From Minisyncoccota bacterium (lineage in GTDB: Bacteria; Patescibacteriota; Minisyncoccia; Phycocordibacterales; UBA9973): a stretch of DNA of 40,548 nt. Below the pieces are notes generated by a model. The model did no database searches. It saw nothing but the letters and a program-made list of their open reading frames with translations, and had not been told where the DNA came from. How positions within the stretch are numbered: the stretch's first letter is position 1; every line of letters begins with the position of its first letter. This document shows, in pieces, positions 10,407 to 20,161 of the stretch. The position numbers and the translations under genes were made by a program. The stretch lies in assembly GCA_031401615.1 (NCBI GenBank), contig JANNRS010000011.1, positions 1 to 40,548 on the forward strand, read 5' to 3'.

Positions 10407-11207
10407 ATGACACACGCTGAAAAACTAAGAGAAATATGGAAAAATAAACCGATCCCCACTCCTTTTCTTATGAGAGGTCTTACTCCTGAAGAAAAGAAAG
10501 AAATGATGGAGTCTTTGACTGAAATTGTTTTTAATAAACTATTACCTCTCATTTCAAAACCAAAAGATGGTAAAACTCCAACTAAAGAAGATATTCTATC
10601 TATGATTGAAAAAATAATGCCGACAAACAACGACTTACTTAAACTTATCACCCCTCTTATTCCTAAAGTAAAAGATGGCATTGATGGTAAAACTCCAACT
10701 GCAATTGAATTAAGAAATTTAATCTTACCCCTTATTCCTAAAGTAAAAGATGGGGAGAATGGGAAGACACCATCTAAGATTGAACTAGAAACTATCATCA
10801 GACCTCTCATATTGAGCTATATGGAAGGGATGTCTAAGGAAGCCCCACAACTTACCTACGACCAAATTAAGGGTGTAGCAGAGCCTATAATTCGCCAGAT
10901 GATGACTGAAACTCGCAAGGGCTGGTTTGGTGGTGGAGGTGGTGGAGATAATGTCAGAGCCGGTAGTGGAGTAACTATAACTACCAATGCGATTGGAGCA
11001 AAGGTTATCAGTGCTTCAGGTGGGGGAACAGTAGAAACACCAACAGGAACTGTAAACGGCTCAAATGTAACTTTTACTGTTACAGCTACTCCTAAATGGA
11101 TAGTTGCAGATGGCATCACATACTACGATGGAGCAGGTTATAGTATTTCAGGAACCACCATTACAATGGTTTCTCCCCCTGTACAATATATCAGAGCAAT
11201 AAGTTAA
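10407..11207 (+). CDS. Putative fibre-like structural protein with internal repeats
   Basis: Three PLI..KDG..KTP repeats, a poly-Gly linker, then ETPTGTVNGSNVTFT beta domain. Confidence 0.6.
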   Translation: MTHAEKLREIWKNKPIPTPFLMRGLTPEEKKEMMESLTEIVFNKLLPLISKPKDGKTPTKEDILSMIEKIMPTNNDLLKLITPLIPKVKDGIDGKTPTAIELRNLILPLIPKVKDGENGKTPSKIELETIIRPLILSYMEGMSKEAPQLTYDQIKGVAEPIIRQMMTETRKGWFGGGGGGDNVRAGSGVTITTNAIGAKVISASGGGTVETPTGTVNGSNVTFTVTATPKWIVADGITYYDGAGYSISGTTITMVSPPVQYIRAIS

Positions 11208-11211
11208 AATT

Positions 11212-14200
11212 ATGAAAGAACTATTTATATCAGCATTCATAGCAATACAAGCCTTTCTAGGAATAGGTGGTGAGCCGGTAGAACCAGTACAAGATCAAAC
11301 TTTTGGAGCACTCGTTCCTACTTCTGTCTATAGAGATACTACAGATGGTTTTATACGCCCCCTAATTTCTACCGATGGTTTTAGACTACCCTCTCTTACA
11401 AGTCAAACTTGTGTGGGTACAGATTCAGACGGAGATTTCCAAGCGGGTACTTGTAGTGGTGGCTCTGGTGGTGGTACTTGGGCTACTTCAACCTCTCTAG
11501 TAGTAGGTCAACTCCTCAACTACCCTCTCAACGATACTGATGTAGTAATGATAGGTTCAGAAACGGCTACATCTTCTGCCGAGTTTTGGTTTGATCCAAA
11601 TATTTCAAGGGCTTTCTTATCTTATGCCTCTTCTACCGCTCAAACTATCACCAACCTATTTGCCTCACTTTTTACACTTGATTCAGAAACCTTTGACTCC
11701 CTTACTGATGATGCCACTCTCGCTAATAATGGTGGTGATTTGCAAGTAGTGGATGTCACTTGTACTAATTGTCTAACAACAACAGAGGTAGCAAGTGCTG
11801 ATCTCGCAACTCTAGCTACAAATGTATCTGATACAGATTTTGGTGATGTAACAGTCCTAACTGGTGCTTGGGCAGTGGAAGACGACTCGCACGCTCATAC
11901 AGGTACCACCCTATCAAGCATAGATATATCAGATGATACTAACCTTACAGGTGGTCTTGGATTAACTCTTACAGGTGATGATATGGCTTGCGACACAGCA
12001 TCAGGTTCGGTATTTGGCTGTCTCTCATCAACTGACTGGACTACTTTCAATAACAAAGCAGGCTTTGCCTATCCTTTCCCATCAGCGGCAACTTCAACTA
12101 GAGTAACTTTTTCTGGGGGGTTGGATTTTACTTATTCTAGCTCAACAATCTACTCTTCTTTCATAACTGCTTCCTCAACTAATGCAATATTTGGTAGCAC
12201 TACTCTCTCGCAACTCACTTTTGGTGGAGTGACTGGTTCTGCTTGGTCTACATTTTGTACTTCAATAACTGGTTCGGCTGCTCTTTGTGACGGTTCAGAT
12301 GATGGAGCAGGGGGTAGTGGTGGGGCTGACTTCACCTACGCTACTGACATTGGCTTTGGAATAACTGGTTCCGCTACTTCAACTAAGACATCTTTTACAG
12401 CAGGTATCCACGCCTCCTCAACTTCTCAATTTGCTAACTCTACAACCTCGCTCGCGACTATCTCAAATAGTTTGTGGATCAAAGATAATAAGATAAAACA
12501 ACACGATGCTGGATTTCTTGATATTCAAAAAACGGGGTCTGACTTCACCTTAATGCGTATTCGTGCTCCACTTGGCGACTCTCAAGAAGCTACTCTCTCT
12601 TTGGTGAATGATATGAGTGCTACCGATGCAGGAGTAGATGAAGAATTTGTCGACTTCTATAATGAAAACTACGGTGACTCAAGACAATGGGGTTTTAGGC
12701 AAGCCTATTCTGGTACTGGTCAAGCCAAACCTTTTGTATTGGGTCATTGGAATACCGCTGGCTCAAAAGATGCAGGGAATAAATTCATTATCTTGCCTAA
12801 TGGTACTTCAGCCTTCGCTCTCGCCACTTCAACTGTCAACCAGTCTTCAATGCTCCATATTGCCTCTACGAGTGCTAACTTTAAACTTAAAGTAGATGAT
12901 GCTCCGGGTACAAACTTGTTTTCAGTTTTGGAAGGTGGTTATACAACTATAGCAACTACTACCGCCAATTATCCCCTAACATCGTTCTCAGCCACAGCTC
13001 CTCAGCTCGCTCTTTCAGCAGGAGCAGGAATAGCCCAGTGGACTCAACGAAATGCGGGTGGGAATTTGTACTTTGCCACTACTAGCGTTGCTGGCACCGC
13101 CACTACCTCTATCTCTGCCTTTGAAATCGCAGGCGATGGCTTTGGTACTACCACTCTAAGAGGGTTAAATATTGATGCCCAAGCTACCTCTACTTCTGAT
13201 GTAGGTTTTAACATCACCACAGGTTGTTTCGCAATCGGAGGGACTTGTATAGGTGGTAGCGGTTCAGGATCTCCATCAGTTGGGGCAGTAAATGTCCTTC
13301 AAGCAAGTGATGGATCAGGTGGTTTTATAGCAACTGGTACTCCACAGCTAACAGTGGGTAACTTACGTTCAACTACTACTTCCGCTTCTTTCTTTACTGG
13401 TGGGCTTACAGTGGGGAGCCAAATCAGTGAGACATATCAACTAGTATCAGTAGGAACAAACAACACTACTGGTATTGGAGATTTGGGTATTATTGGTTCA
13501 GTAAACCTTGGAACTACTGACAATAACACTATCGGTTATCAACACGGGCAAGCAAATACATCAGGAACAGTACAGACCGTTGCTGGTTGGGATTTTGTTG
13601 GTAACTCTCACGTTGTAGGTGCTCAAAGTGGCTCTATCGCTTTCACCACTCGAAACGCAGGAAGCTTTGGCGAAAGAATGAGAATAAATTTTGATGGTAA
13701 GATCGGTATCGGTACGACTACTCCTCAATGGTTACTTAACCCAACTTCTACTACTCTGCCACAGCTCTCTCTTTCCAATGGAGCCGGCATCAATCAAGTA
13801 ACCTTCCGAAACGCCGGTGGTTCTCTCTTTATATCCACAACAACTGTAGCCGGCACCGCTACCACCTCCACCTCTATGCTTGAAATTGCAACTGGTGGAT
13901 TTGGAACTACCACACTCCGAGGACTCAACATTTCTGGTCAAGCAACATCAACAAGCAACGTAGGTTACAACATCACCGGTGGCTGCTTCGCAATCAACAA
14001 TACTTGCGTCGGTGGTGGATCCGGCTCTGGCCTCACTAGCTACGACGCTTGGACTCATCCATTCGCTGGTTCATCTGCAACCTCTACCAAGTTCTTTGGC
14101 ATCGGTACTACTACTGTCAACGCTTCAATCCCAGGTCTTACCGTCTCTTCTTCAACTATCCTTTCTGACGGCGCTGGTATCGCTCAATGGGTCACTCGAA

Positions 14201-14889
14201 ACGCTGGAGGTAATCTATATTTCTCAACTACAACAGTAGCTGGAAGTGCTACCACTAGCACCGCCGCTCTTTCCTTAATCGGTAGTGGTAAACCCGGACT
14301 TGCCATCTCCTCATCCTCTCCTTTTGCCACTCTTGCAGTCAATCCAGTGGCAGGAGATTATAGTAATCAGTTTGTAGTGGGTAGCTCTACTGCTACCAAC
14401 TTCAAGATAGACAACTCTGGGCATATATTCGTACCTTCTCTCTCAACAGCCACAGGGGGTACTAACCACGCAGGCTGTATAAACTCCACTACATTTGAGT
14501 GGACAAGGGAAACAACCGGAAGTTGTGTAGTTTCTTCAAGAAGATTTAAAGAAGACATAAAGCCCCTTAATCTTTCGGGAGTTGATCTGGTCTTGCGACT
14601 AAAACCAGTTTCTTTCGCTCCTAAATCTGACGATGTTGCTGACTACCAAAATAATCAAATTGGTTTGATTGCTGAAGATGTTGCAGAAGTTAATCCCCAT
14701 TTTGCAAAATATGGGGAAGATGGTTTGCCTAGAACTCTTGATGACAGAGCATTACTTTCAACAGTAATCAAAGCTATTCAAGAACTCTGGCAAAAGATAA
14801 CTGGAGTTGAAGATAGGGTGGAGAAACTTGAAAAAGAAAATAAAGATCTGAAAGATAGGTTAGAGTTGATTGAAAATAGATTAAAATAA
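11212..14889 (+). CDS. Tail fibre/spike with C-terminal intramolecular chaperone (peptidase S74)
   Basis: SSRRFKEDI..LKPVSF..IGLIAEDV..AIQEL plus terminal coiled coil; GIGTTTP motifs; three internal repeats. Confidence 0.85.
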   Translation: MKELFISAFIAIQAFLGIGGEPVEPVQDQTFGALVPTSVYRDTTDGFIRPLISTDGFRLPSLTSQTCVGTDSDGDFQAGTCSGGSGGGTWATSTSLVVGQLLNYPLNDTDVVMIGSETATSSAEFWFDPNISRAFLSYASSTAQTITNLFASLFTLDSETFDSLTDDATLANNGGDLQVVDVTCTNCLTTTEVASADLATLATNVSDTDFGDVTVLTGAWAVEDDSHAHTGTTLSSIDISDDTNLTGGLGLTLTGDDMACDTASGSVFGCLSSTDWTTFNNKAGFAYPFPSAATSTRVTFSGGLDFTYSSSTIYSSFITASSTNAIFGSTTLSQLTFGGVTGSAWSTFCTSITGSAALCDGSDDGAGGSGGADFTYATDIGFGITGSATSTKTSFTAGIHASSTSQFANSTTSLATISNSLWIKDNKIKQHDAGFLDIQKTGSDFTLMRIRAPLGDSQEATLSLVNDMSATDAGVDEEFVDFYNENYGDSRQWGFRQAYSGTGQAKPFVLGHWNTAGSKDAGNKFIILPNGTSAFALATSTVNQSSMLHIASTSANFKLKVDDAPGTNLFSVLEGGYTTIATTTANYPLTSFSATAPQLALSAGAGIAQWTQRNAGGNLYFATTSVAGTATTSISAFEIAGDGFGTTTLRGLNIDAQATSTSDVGFNITTGCFAIGGTCIGGSGSGSPSVGAVNVLQASDGSGGFIATGTPQLTVGNLRSTTTSASFFTGGLTVGSQISETYQLVSVGTNNTTGIGDLGIIGSVNLGTTDNNTIGYQHGQANTSGTVQTVAGWDFVGNSHVVGAQSGSIAFTTRNAGSFGERMRINFDGKIGIGTTTPQWLLNPTSTTLPQLSLSNGAGINQVTFRNAGGSLFISTTTVAGTATTSTSMLEIATGGFGTTTLRGLNISGQATSTSNVGYNITGGCFAINNTCVGGGSGSGLTSYDAWTHPFAGSSATSTKFFGIGTTTVNASIPGLTVSSSTILSDGAGIAQWVTRNAGGNLYFSTTTVAGSATTSTAALSLIGSGKPGLAISSSSPFATLAVNPVAGDYSNQFVVGSSTATNFKIDNSGHIFVPSLSTATGGTNHAGCINSTTFEWTRETTGSCVVSSRRFKEDIKPLNLSGVDLVLRLKPVSFAPKSDDVADYQNNQIGLIAEDVAEVNPHFAKYGEDGLPRTLDDRALLSTVIKAIQELWQKITGVEDRVEKLEKENKDLKDRLELIENRLK

Positions 14890-14890
14890 T

Positions 14891-15436
14891 ATGCCATCAG
14901 GAAATCCAGGACAAAAAAGAAAACCTCATTCAGAAGAAACTAGAAGAAAAATGAGTGCATCTAAAAAGGGGAAAACTTTGTCTTACGAACATCGTAGGAG
15001 ATTAAGTGAATCTCACAAAGGACAGATTTCTTATATGTTGGGCAAAAAACACACCAAAGAAGCCAGAAATAAAATCAGTAAAATGCAAACAGGAAAACCA
15101 CGTTTAAAACAGAGAGGGGAATTGAGTAATCTATGGAAAGGTGGTATTACCACAATAAACGCAAAAATAAGAACTTCTTTGGAGTATAAAATTTGGCGAA
15201 GATCTGTTTTTGAAAGGGATGGATATACTTGCGTTTGGTGCGAATTGAAAAGTGGAAATGGAAAAGCGGTTTATTTATGTGCTGATCATATTAAACCATT
15301 CTCTTTGTTTCCAGAGCTTCGTTTCGCGATAGATAATGGAAGAACATTATGTCTAGAATGTCACAAGAAAACTGATACATTTGGCAATAAAATTAGAAAT
15401 GCTAGACTTGATAAATTAGAAGAAAAATCAAGATGA
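14891..15436 (+). CDS. HNH homing endonuclease with NUMOD3 repeats
   Basis: HSEETRRKMS, HTKEARNKIS; RDGYTCVWC..ADHIKPF..NGRTLCLECH. Confidence 0.9.
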   Translation: MPSGNPGQKRKPHSEETRRKMSASKKGKTLSYEHRRRLSESHKGQISYMLGKKHTKEARNKISKMQTGKPRLKQRGELSNLWKGGITTINAKIRTSLEYKIWRRSVFERDGYTCVWCELKSGNGKAVYLCADHIKPFSLFPELRFAIDNGRTLCLECHKKTDTFGNKIRNARLDKLEEKSR

Positions 15437-17385
15437 CTAAAAAACTCCTTACAATCCTACTCATCATCACAACGATTATCCTAACTGCTCCTTTTGCCTC
15501 ACCAAAAAGTGTCGAAGCTGCTTCTTTTGGATTCGTACAGAGTACAGTGACTGCAGATGCTTCTGATTTAATAATGAATATGACAGTGACTGCAGGGAAC
15601 CTCTTAGTGGTGTCGTGTAAATGGGAAGGGTCATCAGGTGGTACGGGTATGACTGTAACTGATGGTATAAGTTCTTTTGCCTTAGGGACATTAAGAAATG
15701 CTAGTAACGATATGCACGCCCAGATGGGGTATATGCTGTCCGCTAATGGTGGAGATAGAACCTATACAGTGGCAATAAATGGCACAGAAACTTTTGTAGC
15801 CTGTGCACTCGCAGAATTTACTGTTTCAGGCATAGTGGCTTTTGATACCCAAGCAACAAATAGTGCTTTATCAGGTACTGCTTTATCGTCATCAGATATA
15901 ACCCTTGCCGGAACACAAGCTGGATTAGTGGTGGGTTGGTCAGGGATATATGCCACAGGGTCATTCTCTAGTGTGAATATTAACGGTACAGCTGCTGATG
16001 GTGTGATTACCCCACACAATTATACTTCTATGTCCTATTCACTGATTAATTCAGGTACGATGGATGCTGATTTTACATCAAGTATAGATACCACTTGGAC
16101 TGCTAATATTATTGCGTTTAAATCTACCGATATAAGCCAATCTCATTTTAGGTTTCGCAATGACGATGGTTCGGAAAGCACGGCTACTTGGCTTGCAGGA
16201 GAGGACACAAACATCATCCATCCATCCTTAACTGCTGCTCGTTTAAGACTTCAAGCTTCTACTACTCTTGATATGTCACCAGTTAACTATCAATTAGAGT
16301 ACAAACTCTCTACCGATAATTGGTGGACTGTTGCCACTACTTCAGCTAAACAATACGCTACTACTTCGTATATAGGCAAAGGGACTTTTACATCAGGAGC
16401 GGCCTCACTTTCAATCCCTTTTTATACCAATTATGCACCAGGTGATGTTGCCATCCTTTGTGCTACCACCGACCAGCAAAATATGACTACCCCAACTGGT
16501 TGGACAGAAATATCGGGTTCACCACAAGGGGTTGGAACAGCAAACATACCCACTTCAGTTAGACTAGAAGCATATTATAAAGTGGTGCAAGCGGTAGAAG
16601 CTAACGTTACTTTTGCTGATGTAGGAGCATTTCACGCAGCTCAAATTTATGGTTTTAGAGGGGTATCTACCACTACTCCAATACAGACATCGGCTGGTTC
16701 AGTGGAGTCAGCTTCAACTACCGCAATGTCGTGGCCGTCTGTCACCACTACCACCACAGGAACCTCAATTTTAATGTGTGCGGCTATGAATGATGACGAA
16801 ACTGATACTACCAACTCATCAAGTCAGGCAAACACAAATCTTACTGGACTATGGGAGGCTCACGATCAAGTAGTGACCACAGGGACTGGAGGAGGTTTGG
16901 TCACGTTAGTCGCATCATCTTCAGTTGCAAGGGCAATCGGTAATACTACCTCTACTGGAGACTTATCAGGTCGCCACGGCTACATCACGGTGGCTCTTAA
17001 CCCTATTATTAGAAAATTCTCGTTAAACGCATCCGCTAATATAACTGATGCAGGAGAAAACACTACTGCTCAATTGTCAGTACCGGGAGGTAAATCCTTC
17101 ACTGCTGGACGTATACACGATAGCAAAAACCCCTCTGATGGAGTGGATATAGCATCGGATAGGTATTCGGAGTTTGAATGGAGTTTGATCTCAACTGCCG
17201 CTGTTTCTGATGGTGAAATATACAACTGGAGAATGACTGCGTCTGGTACACCTTTCACTACTTATACTGTCAATCCAACTTGGACGATAGGAACTCCGGC
17301 CGCTGGTGCCCAACCAAACAATCCTGCCATAATGAATGTCCGAAGTCAGATTAATGTACAAGGTGGGGTGAGGGTAGGAAATTAA
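15433..17385 (+). CDS. Signal-peptide-bearing multi-beta-sandwich protein (tail/adhesin-like)
   Basis: MTKKLLTILLIITTIILTAPFA..VEA/A; Ser/Thr-rich; FRFRNDDGSE domain. Confidence 0.65.
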   Translation: MTKKLLTILLIITTIILTAPFASPKSVEAASFGFVQSTVTADASDLIMNMTVTAGNLLVVSCKWEGSSGGTGMTVTDGISSFALGTLRNASNDMHAQMGYMLSANGGDRTYTVAINGTETFVACALAEFTVSGIVAFDTQATNSALSGTALSSSDITLAGTQAGLVVGWSGIYATGSFSSVNINGTAADGVITPHNYTSMSYSLINSGTMDADFTSSIDTTWTANIIAFKSTDISQSHFRFRNDDGSESTATWLAGEDTNIIHPSLTAARLRLQASTTLDMSPVNYQLEYKLSTDNWWTVATTSAKQYATTSYIGKGTFTSGAASLSIPFYTNYAPGDVAILCATTDQQNMTTPTGWTEISGSPQGVGTANIPTSVRLEAYYKVVQAVEANVTFADVGAFHAAQIYGFRGVSTTTPIQTSAGSVESASTTAMSWPSVTTTTTGTSILMCAAMNDDETDTTNSSSQANTNLTGLWEAHDQVVTTGTGGGLVTLVASSSVARAIGNTTSTGDLSGRHGYITVALNPIIRKFSLNASANITDAGENTTAQLSVPGGKSFTAGRIHDSKNPSDGVDIASDRYSEFEWSLISTAAVSDGEIYNWRMTASGTPFTTYTVNPTWTIGTPAAGAQPNNPAIMNVRSQINVQGGVRVGN

Positions 17386-17402
17386 TAGATTAATAAGCCA
17401 CG

Positions 17403-17756
17403 ATGAACGAGCAAGATAAACACATAGAAGAAGTAGCCAAAGATTTTATTGAAAAGAGGATGGAGTCCGTTATCGGGGTATTCAACAATCTATTCTTAGA
17501 CCATAGGGAAGAAATGAAAACACTGGTCATTGATAATATGGATAAGAAGTTTAACGGCAATATGGAAAAGTTGAATGTAAGAATGGACAAACAAGATATA
17601 ATCCTCAAGCGTCTAGATGAGCGTATCAAACCGTTTGAAGAGACGCGGACTTGGTTCCAAGATGCTAAAAAAGGTACTGGTTGGGTAGCTGGATTTTTGA
17701 CATCAATAACTTTAATAGTAGGTGCGATAATTTATTTACTAAAATGGACAAAATAA
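17403..17756 (+). CDS. Membrane protein, possible holin/anti-holin
   Basis: Coiled coil plus C-terminal TM; lies directly upstream of the peptidases. Confidence 0.5.
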   Translation: MNEQDKHIEEVAKDFIEKRMESVIGVFNNLFLDHREEMKTLVIDNMDKKFNGNMEKLNVRMDKQDIILKRLDERIKPFEETRTWFQDAKKGTGWVAGFLTSITLIVGAIIYLLKWTK

Positions 17757-17820
17757 AACAATTTGGATTTGTTCCACCAGTATACAAGGTTAGCTAATAA
17801 TTGCACCTAACTATATCAAA

Positions 17821-18681
17821 ATGAAAAACAAAAATCAAATAGAAAATTATGGGTTTGTGAAGCCTGAGCATGATAATAGGGATTTCATTTTCGGCAGTGC
17901 TTTCAACTCACTACCTAAAACAATACTACAAGCTAATGGGGATTGGTCTCCATATCTCCCCCTTTATGAGAGACAATTTGGTGCTGGATGGGACTCATAC
18001 GGTTGCACTTGTTTTGGAACTCTCAACTGCTTAGAGGTCATAATGAAAAAAGTATATGGTACTGATTTTGACTTCTCTGAACGCTATCAATATAACTTAA
18101 TCGGTATAGAACCGCCCGGCTCTGACCCAAAGAAAGTCGCACAATCTATCCACTCTGATGGTGTCCTAGAGCAAAAAGACTTACCATATGAAGACAATCT
18201 AAATGTCTTTAAGAGTCCCCGACCAATGACAAAAAGTCTCATAGATAAAGGACATCTCTGGCTTCAAAGGTATGGATTTGGTTATGAATGGATTGACGCT
18301 AATGTTAAAAACCTGCGAGAATGTTTGCAATATTCTCCTATAGGGGTATCTGTCTGTGCTTGGTATAAGAACGATAAAGGACAGTATTATTCCCCTAAAG
18401 GAATGGACAATAACCACTGGACTCTATTGTACAAAATAGGAGACAATGGCGAATTTTATGTCTTTGATAGCTACGACCAAGAGATGAAGGTATTAACACC
18501 AGAACATAACATTGAGTACGCAATGCGATATAATGTAGAGGTCAAAAGTCCTCAACAAATATTCAACAATATTCAATTAAATTTTATTAGTATTTTACTA
18601 CAATATGTTGCTAACCTATTTAAAAAGACTGCTAGAATTGGTGCAGAAGTTATTACAGAATACTTCCGTCCCAGATATTAA
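17821..18681 (+). CDS. Papain-family (C1-like) cysteine peptidase, possible lysin
   Basis: DW..Q..GCTCF, FSERY, NHW, FDSY motifs in C1 order; hydrophobic C-terminal helix. Confidence 0.75.
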   Translation: MKNKNQIENYGFVKPEHDNRDFIFGSAFNSLPKTILQANGDWSPYLPLYERQFGAGWDSYGCTCFGTLNCLEVIMKKVYGTDFDFSERYQYNLIGIEPPGSDPKKVAQSIHSDGVLEQKDLPYEDNLNVFKSPRPMTKSLIDKGHLWLQRYGFGYEWIDANVKNLRECLQYSPIGVSVCAWYKNDKGQYYSPKGMDNNHWTLLYKIGDNGEFYVFDSYDQEMKVLTPEHNIEYAMRYNVEVKSPQQIFNNIQLNFISILLQYVANLFKKTARIGAEVITEYFRPRY

Positions 18682-18685
18682 AAGT

Positions 18686-19159
18686 ATGGATTACTTACCT
18701 CTTACTAAAGATTCAATAGAGATATTAAAAGAACAATTAGAACCATCTATGAAAGATAAATTTTTAAAAGTTTGTTTGGATGCTCTTGATACTGATCCTT
18801 CTACACTGGACTCTGTGAAGGATGAGTTAGGTTGTGCGGATACTGTATCTCATTTAATTAAAAAATTACTCCCCGACTTTCCTATCATAGTTTCTACTAA
18901 AGATTTGGATATGAAGTTATTTATGGACAAGAGGTTTCGGAGAGAGACCGAACCTGCTAAGGGTAGAATTATAATTAGTCCGAGAAACAATACACAATAC
19001 GGCCATACTGGCGTATGGATAACAGAAGAAAGAATTGCGAGCAATAATTCTTTTGGGATAAATAAAGGTAAATTTAATGGTAATTATACTTACGCTGAAT
19101 GGATAAAAGAGTTTAAAGAGAAAAGAGGCCTTAGAATTTATATCTATAGTTTAGTTTAA
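18686..19159 (+). CDS. NlpC/P60-CHAP-like amidase/peptidase
   Basis: GCADTVS..GHTGV..ASNNS; ATG 18686 avoids a long overlap with the upstream gene. Confidence 0.7.
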   Translation: MDYLPLTKDSIEILKEQLEPSMKDKFLKVCLDALDTDPSTLDSVKDELGCADTVSHLIKKLLPDFPIIVSTKDLDMKLFMDKRFRRETEPAKGRIIISPRNNTQYGHTGVWITEERIASNNSFGINKGKFNGNYTYAEWIKEFKEKRGLRIYIYSLV

Positions 19160-19666
19160 CCAAGCCCAAGTTTTTCCCGCAAGAATACTCTTAATTGTTC
19201 CTCTTGGAGCGTTATAAAATTTAGCAATTTTACTTACCTTTCTATAACCACCACAATAAAGAGCTCGCATTTCTTTGACTTGTGCTTGTGTTAAATATGA
19301 TTTGTGATGTTTTTCCCCAACAGGAAGGAGTCCATTTTTATCTCTATGTTTTAAATTTTCTTGAATAGAACACCACTCTAAATTCTCTACTCGGTTGTCT
19401 GTTTTTATACAGTTTTTATGGTTGACTGTTTTGTATTTTTTATAATTTGAGATATAAGTTTGAGCTACTAATCTATGAGCGGTTCTATAGAAATGTTTAC
19501 CCCCAATTCTTAGGTGATAAACTAAATAACCATTTTTTAAAATACTTCCATTTAACCACCTGCCCGTCCTTAATTGAGCAAATGGACAATTCATCCTTGG
19601 ATAACTCCACACTCTCCCATCTCTTGTAATTGCATACAAACCCTCAAACCCTTTTATATCTTTCAT
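19151..19666 (-). CDS. NUMOD4-HNH homing endonuclease
   Basis: KDIKGFEGLYAITRDGRVWS; HRLVAQTYI..VNHKNCIKTDNRVENLEW. Confidence 0.92.
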   Translation of the reverse strand: MKDIKGFEGLYAITRDGRVWSYPRMNCPFAQLRTGRWLNGSILKNGYLVYHLRIGGKHFYRTAHRLVAQTYISNYKKYKTVNHKNCIKTDNRVENLEWCSIQENLKHRDKNGLLPVGEKHHKSYLTQAQVKEMRALYCGGYRKVSKIAKFYNAPRGTIKSILAGKTWAWLN

Positions 19667-19763
19667 AAATTTTATACCAGAAAAGGGTACACGCTTGACA
19701 GAATGTACCCATCTCTAGTGTCAAGCTAATAAGACTTTTATTGTATCATATTATCTTTGTATT

Positions 19764-19772
19764 TGGTATAAT
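19764..19772 (+). promoter_or_regulatory. Extended -10 promoter
   Basis: Intergenic TGGTATAAT; the motif recurs genome-wide. Confidence 0.6.
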
Positions 19773-19805
19773 AATGTCGTCTTTATCAGATTAAATAAAA
19801 ATACA

Positions 19806-19907
19806 ATGAGTGAAGAAAACACACCAGAAGCAGTAGAAGAAGCTGTTGATGCCGTTGAAGAAGCGGTAGAAGCCCCAACTGCGGAAGCAGAAGGAGCGAC
19901 TGAATAG
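19806..19907 (+). CDS. 33-aa acidic peptide (not in ORF track)
   Basis: MSEENTPEAVEEAVDAVEEAVEAPTAEAEGATE*, just after a promoter. Confidence 0.6.
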   Translation: MSEENTPEAVEEAVDAVEEAVEAPTAEAEGATE

Positions 19908-19971
19908 TCTTTTAACTCCGCTTCTAGGGCTTTCCTGGGTGCGGGGATTATCAGATTAACGAATTAAACCA

Positions 19972-20160
19972 ATGGGGAAAATCACAAATATAATCGTATC
20001 ATTATTAGTAATATCTTCACTGTTTTTAGGTTATAAAGTTTATAGTTTAGGCAAAAGATTAAACGAAACAAATCTAGTTCTTTCTCAAAGAGTAGAACCA
20101 ACACTTGCTCAAGTTGTAAAATTTCTTACCGAGGCGGTGAATGCTAACCAACCTAAATAA
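19972..20160 (+). CDS. Small membrane protein
   Basis: N-terminal TM IIVSLLVISSLFLGY. Confidence 0.65.
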   Translation: MGKITNIIVSLLVISSLFLGYKVYSLGKRLNETNLVLSQRVEPTLAQVVKFLTEAVNANQPK

Positions 20161-20161
20161 A

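Noticed and set aside
9922-10410. 162-aa + strand ORF
   Set aside because: Overlaps a better minus-strand gene with a signal peptide and promoter
13000-14283. DGR template/variable repeats
   Set aside because: Differences are not adenine-specific, all copies are coding, and no reverse transcriptase was found
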